A DNA stretch of 41,452 nt from Candidatus Heimdallarchaeota archaeon (GTDB taxonomy: Archaea > Asgardarchaeota > Heimdallarchaeia > Heimdallarchaeales > Kariarchaeaceae): contig WAKA01000084.1 of NCBI GenBank assembly GCA_015523565.1, positions 1 through 41,452 of the forward strand, in the 5' to 3' direction. The position numbers were made by a program, and so were the translations under genes. This document shows positions 38,436-41,452 of the stretch, one piece after another; positions within the stretch are counted from its first letter, which is position 1; each line of letters starts with the position of its first letter. The notes below the pieces were generated by a model. The model had not been told where the DNA came from, searched no databases, and saw nothing but the letters and a program-made list of their open reading frames with translations.

Positions 38436-39181
38436 TGGTTGAGATCAGAAACAATATCCCTGTCACCGCAATGTTGTATGAACCATCCGTTGCAATACTC
38501 ATCTCAATCATAGCCATACTTTCCTACAGGAAATACCGAAACAAGAGATCTGAACCCACAAAGTTCTTGTCATACTCCATGATATTCCTGTCACTCTCAA
38601 TACTTGCAACAGGAACTGGAAAAGTAATCATGTTTTTTGCCCCATTCACTCCTGAAGAATTCAATGTCACAGGATTCACAATTCTCATAGGATACTGCCT
38701 GTCAGCCACCTCAAACATATTTGCTGCAAGATTTATCCAATCAATTTTCAAGGATGAAAACTCAAACTTTGCCTTCTACGCCGCAATTGGCAACGGCATA
38801 ACAATCGGCTTCATCATCTCCAAAATTATCGATCCTGACATCGCATTCAAAACATATGCATACAATAAAATTGTCCCTGCACTTATTTGGCATATCATTA
38901 TGACTGCATTGACCTACTCCTCACTCATTATTGTCTCAAGAAATGAAGCCAAGAATGCAACCACAAAGCTGATGAAGACTGGGTTCAAACTAATCTCATA
39001 TTATGGAATAGGATACCTTCTCGTTTTTGTATTCTTCATTGCTGACCTGTTCTACGGAACCGCAAGGGGGAAGGGATACACTATATTCTACTATCTAGGT
39101 TGGACATCCGCCGCAGTGGCAATAATCTTCGCTTACCTCGGATACATCATGCCTGATTGGTTCAGAAAAAAACTTGTTTGA
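38435..39181 (+). CDS. About 7-TM membrane protein, translationally coupled to the longin-like gene
   Basis: TAATG overlap; seven hydrophobic segments; C-terminal YLGYIMPDWFRKK. Confidence 0.8.
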   Translation: MVEIRNNIPVTAMLYEPSVAILISIIAILSYRKYRNKRSEPTKFLSYSMIFLSLSILATGTGKVIMFFAPFTPEEFNVTGFTILIGYCLSATSNIFAARFIQSIFKDENSNFAFYAAIGNGITIGFIISKIIDPDIAFKTYAYNKIVPALIWHIIMTALTYSSLIIVSRNEAKNATTKLMKTGFKLISYYGIGYLLVFVFFIADLFYGTARGKGYTIFYYLGWTSAAVAIIFAYLGYIMPDWFRKKLV

Positions 39182-39253
39182 ATCAAATAATTCTTGAAAG
39201 TTAACTAGACCTTTATTTTCAACAAAAAAATCAAGACATTCCAAAATATTTGC

Positions 39254-39988
39254 TTAACTTAATCTTGTAATATACTCCAAATCATTTCGATCCAACTTTG
39301 AAAGTATCTCATTAATTTCACTGCGTGTTCTAAACATCTCCCGACCAACATGACGAAAAATGTCTCTCAAACGAACATCCATCAAAACCGCTGAGGGAGT
39401 CAACCGCCCCTTAAATGGGGGGTCTTCCATTATAACTTTTAACCTGTCTTCTACTCGATCACATAAATAAAACTTGTTCTGTCGAAAATGTTCAATCAAA
39501 ACATGTGTTGCACTAGGCGTAAAATTAATCATCTTGTTGTATACCTCTTCCAATACATCTGCATTCTTTTCTATCTCCATTGTAGTGCCACCCAAATAAT
39601 ATAACCCAATCCCTTTATATACGTATAGGGGTCCCATTCCACCAGTTGATACAACATCTCCTGATTTCAAAAACAAAACTGAATAGTAATCCCCCATTAA
39701 ATAGGAACGCAACGCATTTATCGCCCTTTCCACTCTGTCAAGATCATCTTCATCATAGACATGGATGTGTGTTGAACCTGTGAAAATCGTTATCTCCTCA
39801 TAAGAACCAAGATCCATAAATTCTACTTGCATAATTGCATCATCATGATCCAATGACGAATAAATATAGTACCCTTCCTCAAAGCTATCCTCGTAATATG
39901 ACATGAAAGGAATCAATTCCGCTAAATCTTCAAAAATCCTCCTAATAAATATCTGAATTAATCCGCCTTCTCCCCTAGGAAATATCAA
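39254..39988 (-). CDS. Hypothetical protein
   Basis: 244-aa ORF with plausible composition and GAGGG upstream; no recognised motif. Confidence 0.65.
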   Translation of the reverse strand: MIFPRGEGGLIQIFIRRIFEDLAELIPFMSYYEDSFEEGYYIYSSLDHDDAIMQVEFMDLGSYEEITIFTGSTHIHVYDEDDLDRVERAINALRSYLMGDYYSVLFLKSGDVVSTGGMGPLYVYKGIGLYYLGGTTMEIEKNADVLEEVYNKMINFTPSATHVLIEHFRQNKFYLCDRVEDRLKVIMEDPPFKGRLTPSAVLMDVRLRDIFRHVGREMFRTRSEINEILSKLDRNDLEYITRLS

Positions 39989-40099
39989 TTATAATCCCTC
40001 TAAAAATTATTTGATTAAACATTATTTAGACATTTGCAAATTATCCTGCAATCTCTCAAATTAATCTGTAAAATATATCAAAATGATCTATTTTAATAA

Positions 40100-40173
40100 T
40101 GAGCGTGAAGGGATTTGAACCCTCGACCGACGGATTAAGAGTCCGTTGCTCTACCAAGCTGAGCTACACGCCC
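40100..40173 (-). tRNA. tRNA-Lys(CTT), no intron, CCA not encoded
   Basis: Reverse complement GGGCGTGTAGCTCAGCTTGGTAGAGCAACGGACTCTTAATCCGTCGGTCGAGGGTTCAAATCCCTTCACGCTCA folds as a cloverleaf; anticodon loop CT-CTT-AA. Confidence 0.96.
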
Positions 40174-40507
40174 TTAAATCTTTCTTTTCACCAGTGGTTG
40201 GTTTTTCTGCATGCTTTTCCCGAAACTCACAATATTGAAATGTTCCGGAAAAATTCATTTGTCCGAAGACAATTTAATTTTGATTTTGTACTAATTATAA
40301 TTTTCGGAAGGTACTCATTTGAATCTTTGAAGTCATTGCTTTTCAGCAAATTAATTTCCCTTTTTCTATTCAATATCTTTTGGAGAAATATTATTTTTTT
40401 TGCAAGGCAATTTAATGGGTTTTTGTGTCTGAACTGAAGGCAACTGAATTGATTCTGTACAAAAAAGACGATAAAACCTCCTCTGTTGGATAAATATTAA
40501 GCATTCA

Positions 40508-41452
40508 TTATTCGTTTTCCTCGTTCATCAGAATTCGGGCAAGCTCCTGCCTTTGCTCCTTGGAAAGCTTCCGCAGAACCTCTTTGGTTTGGAAAAGCCC
40601 CATGATCTGTTCAGGACTCAATGCGGCAAGCTGGTCAGTGGTCAACAATTGAACCTGTTCAGGACGCAATGACTGGATCTGTTCAGGGGACAATGCGGCA
40701 AGCTGTTCAGGGCTTAGAGAAGCTACCTGCTGAGGGGTCAAAGCCTTGATCTGCTTGGAGGTCAGACCGATCAGCTCATCTGGCGTCAAGAGCTTCACAA
40801 ACTCTGGACCACCTGCTTTCAACCCCTCCCTTACAAACTCCTCTTCGGAATCATATTTCTCCTTAATTATCTCGCGGATCTCGCTGACGACATCGGACAT
40901 TGTATCCTCTCTAAAATAGATTACCCATGCAGAGATAAATAGTTTTTCCATCGCGTGAAGGCTTGCATCTTCAAACATCCTTCGGAATCTAGAGGGCTTC
41001 AGGTCATCTAGGAGCTGTTGCAGGTAATAAAATGCCTTGTGGTCGGACGGCTGGACATCCATGACAAGCTCCGGGAATTCGGGAAGGTACAGGGCTCGAA
41101 AATGCGGGGTTCCGCATATAAAAAGATCCATTTCCCTTGTTTTTGCGGTCACTGCAAAAATACGGCATCGGCTTATTGCCATAGTCTTCAAATCAGATTT
41201 GTGTTTTTTGTTGTGCCTCACCGCCAAGCAGGTGTAGATCTTGGATTGGTACACAGTATACCCTGTCGGCCAACGCTCCAGCTCTATGGGGATGACCAAT
41301 CCGCCTTTCTTGAACATGGCGTCGGGTTCCTGCTTTTTTATCGGGTCTATGAGCGACGCCTCCGTCCGTCCGACGACCTGCCAGCCCTCAAGACCGAATG
41401 CCTTGTTGAAAGCTGGAAAAAAATCTTTTCTTAGTTCAAAAACAAATTGGAA
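40508..41452 (-). CDS. Rpn/PD-(D/E)XK-like nuclease with variable repeat-containing C-terminal tail; 5' end beyond window
   Basis: Frame is open to the window end (FQFVFELRKDFF...). EPDAMF...IPIELER...YQSKIY motif; visibly GC-richer than flanks; internal AGAGAGGATACA-ATG at 40900. Confidence 0.65.
   Translation of the reverse strand, partial: FQFVFELRKDFFPAFNKAFGLEGWQVVGRTEASLIDPIKKQEPDAMFKKGGLVIPIELERWPTGYTVYQSKIYTCLAVRHNKKHKSDLKTMAISRCRIFAVTAKTREMDLFICGTPHFRALYLPEFPELVMDVQPSDHKAFYYLQQLLDDLKPSRFRRMFEDASLHAMEKLFISAWVIYFREDTMSDVVSEIREIIKEKYDSEEEFVREGLKAGGPEFVKLLTPDELIGLTSKQIKALTPQQVASLSPEQLAALSPEQIQSLRPEQVQLLTTDQLAALSPEQIMGLFQTKEVLRKLSKEQRQELARILMNEENE
40604..40787 (-). repeat. Degenerate 24-bp/8-aa repeats (consensus SPEQLAAL)
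   Basis: TPDELIGL TSKQIKAL TPQQVASL SPEQLAAL SPEQIQSL RPEQVQLL TTDQLAAL SPEQIMGL. Confidence 0.9.

Noticed and set aside
40100-40125. tRNA 3'-end duplication (att site) marking an integrated element
   Set aside because: Only a 9-nt match (GCGTGAAGG, near 40953) was noticed by eye, and there is no integrase in the window.
40099-40437. 112-aa + strand ORF MSVKGFEPSTDGLRVRCST
   Set aside because: Antisense translation of tRNA-Lys; a typical spurious ORF.

Overview
AT-rich archaeal window, most consistent with an Asgard (Heimdallarchaeia-like) genome. This is inferred from longin-like proteins, translin, a PPP phosphatase, an LRR protein, archaeal RibK/RibL and a CCA-less tRNA. The left 24 kb is mostly metabolic. 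It holds a three-piece glutamate synthase, a COG1058/CinA-N protein, a wHTH-RibL-like nucleotidyltransferase, glycerate kinase, alkaline phosphatase, a haloalkane dehalogenase-like hydrolase and an NTP-transferase followed by two tandem inositol-1-phosphate synthase paralogs. It also holds a complete, translationally coupled his operon with HisC-HAD and HisA-HisIE fusions, and an MFS transporter. The right 17 kb is a patchy accessory region. It contains Uma2-like and Rpn-like PD-(D/E)XK proteins with repeat tails, pseudogenes, TM/longin modules and tRNA-Lys(CTT). Four observations stand out. (1) A receptor-like protein has a signal peptide, a glycosylated Ig-like ectodomain, one TM helix and a cytoplasmic Regnase/Zc3h12a-type NYN RNase. 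(2) An Rpn-like nuclease gene has an internal SD+ATG, and an intact orphan copy of its 3' part lies 11 kb away, suggesting an intragenic/orphan antitoxin. (3) A structured his leader carries a His-His mini-ORF and mutually exclusive stems. (4) A small gene is broken by a 16-bp tandem duplication next to an (AT)10 tract. All family assignments come from motif recognition by eye; no searches were run.
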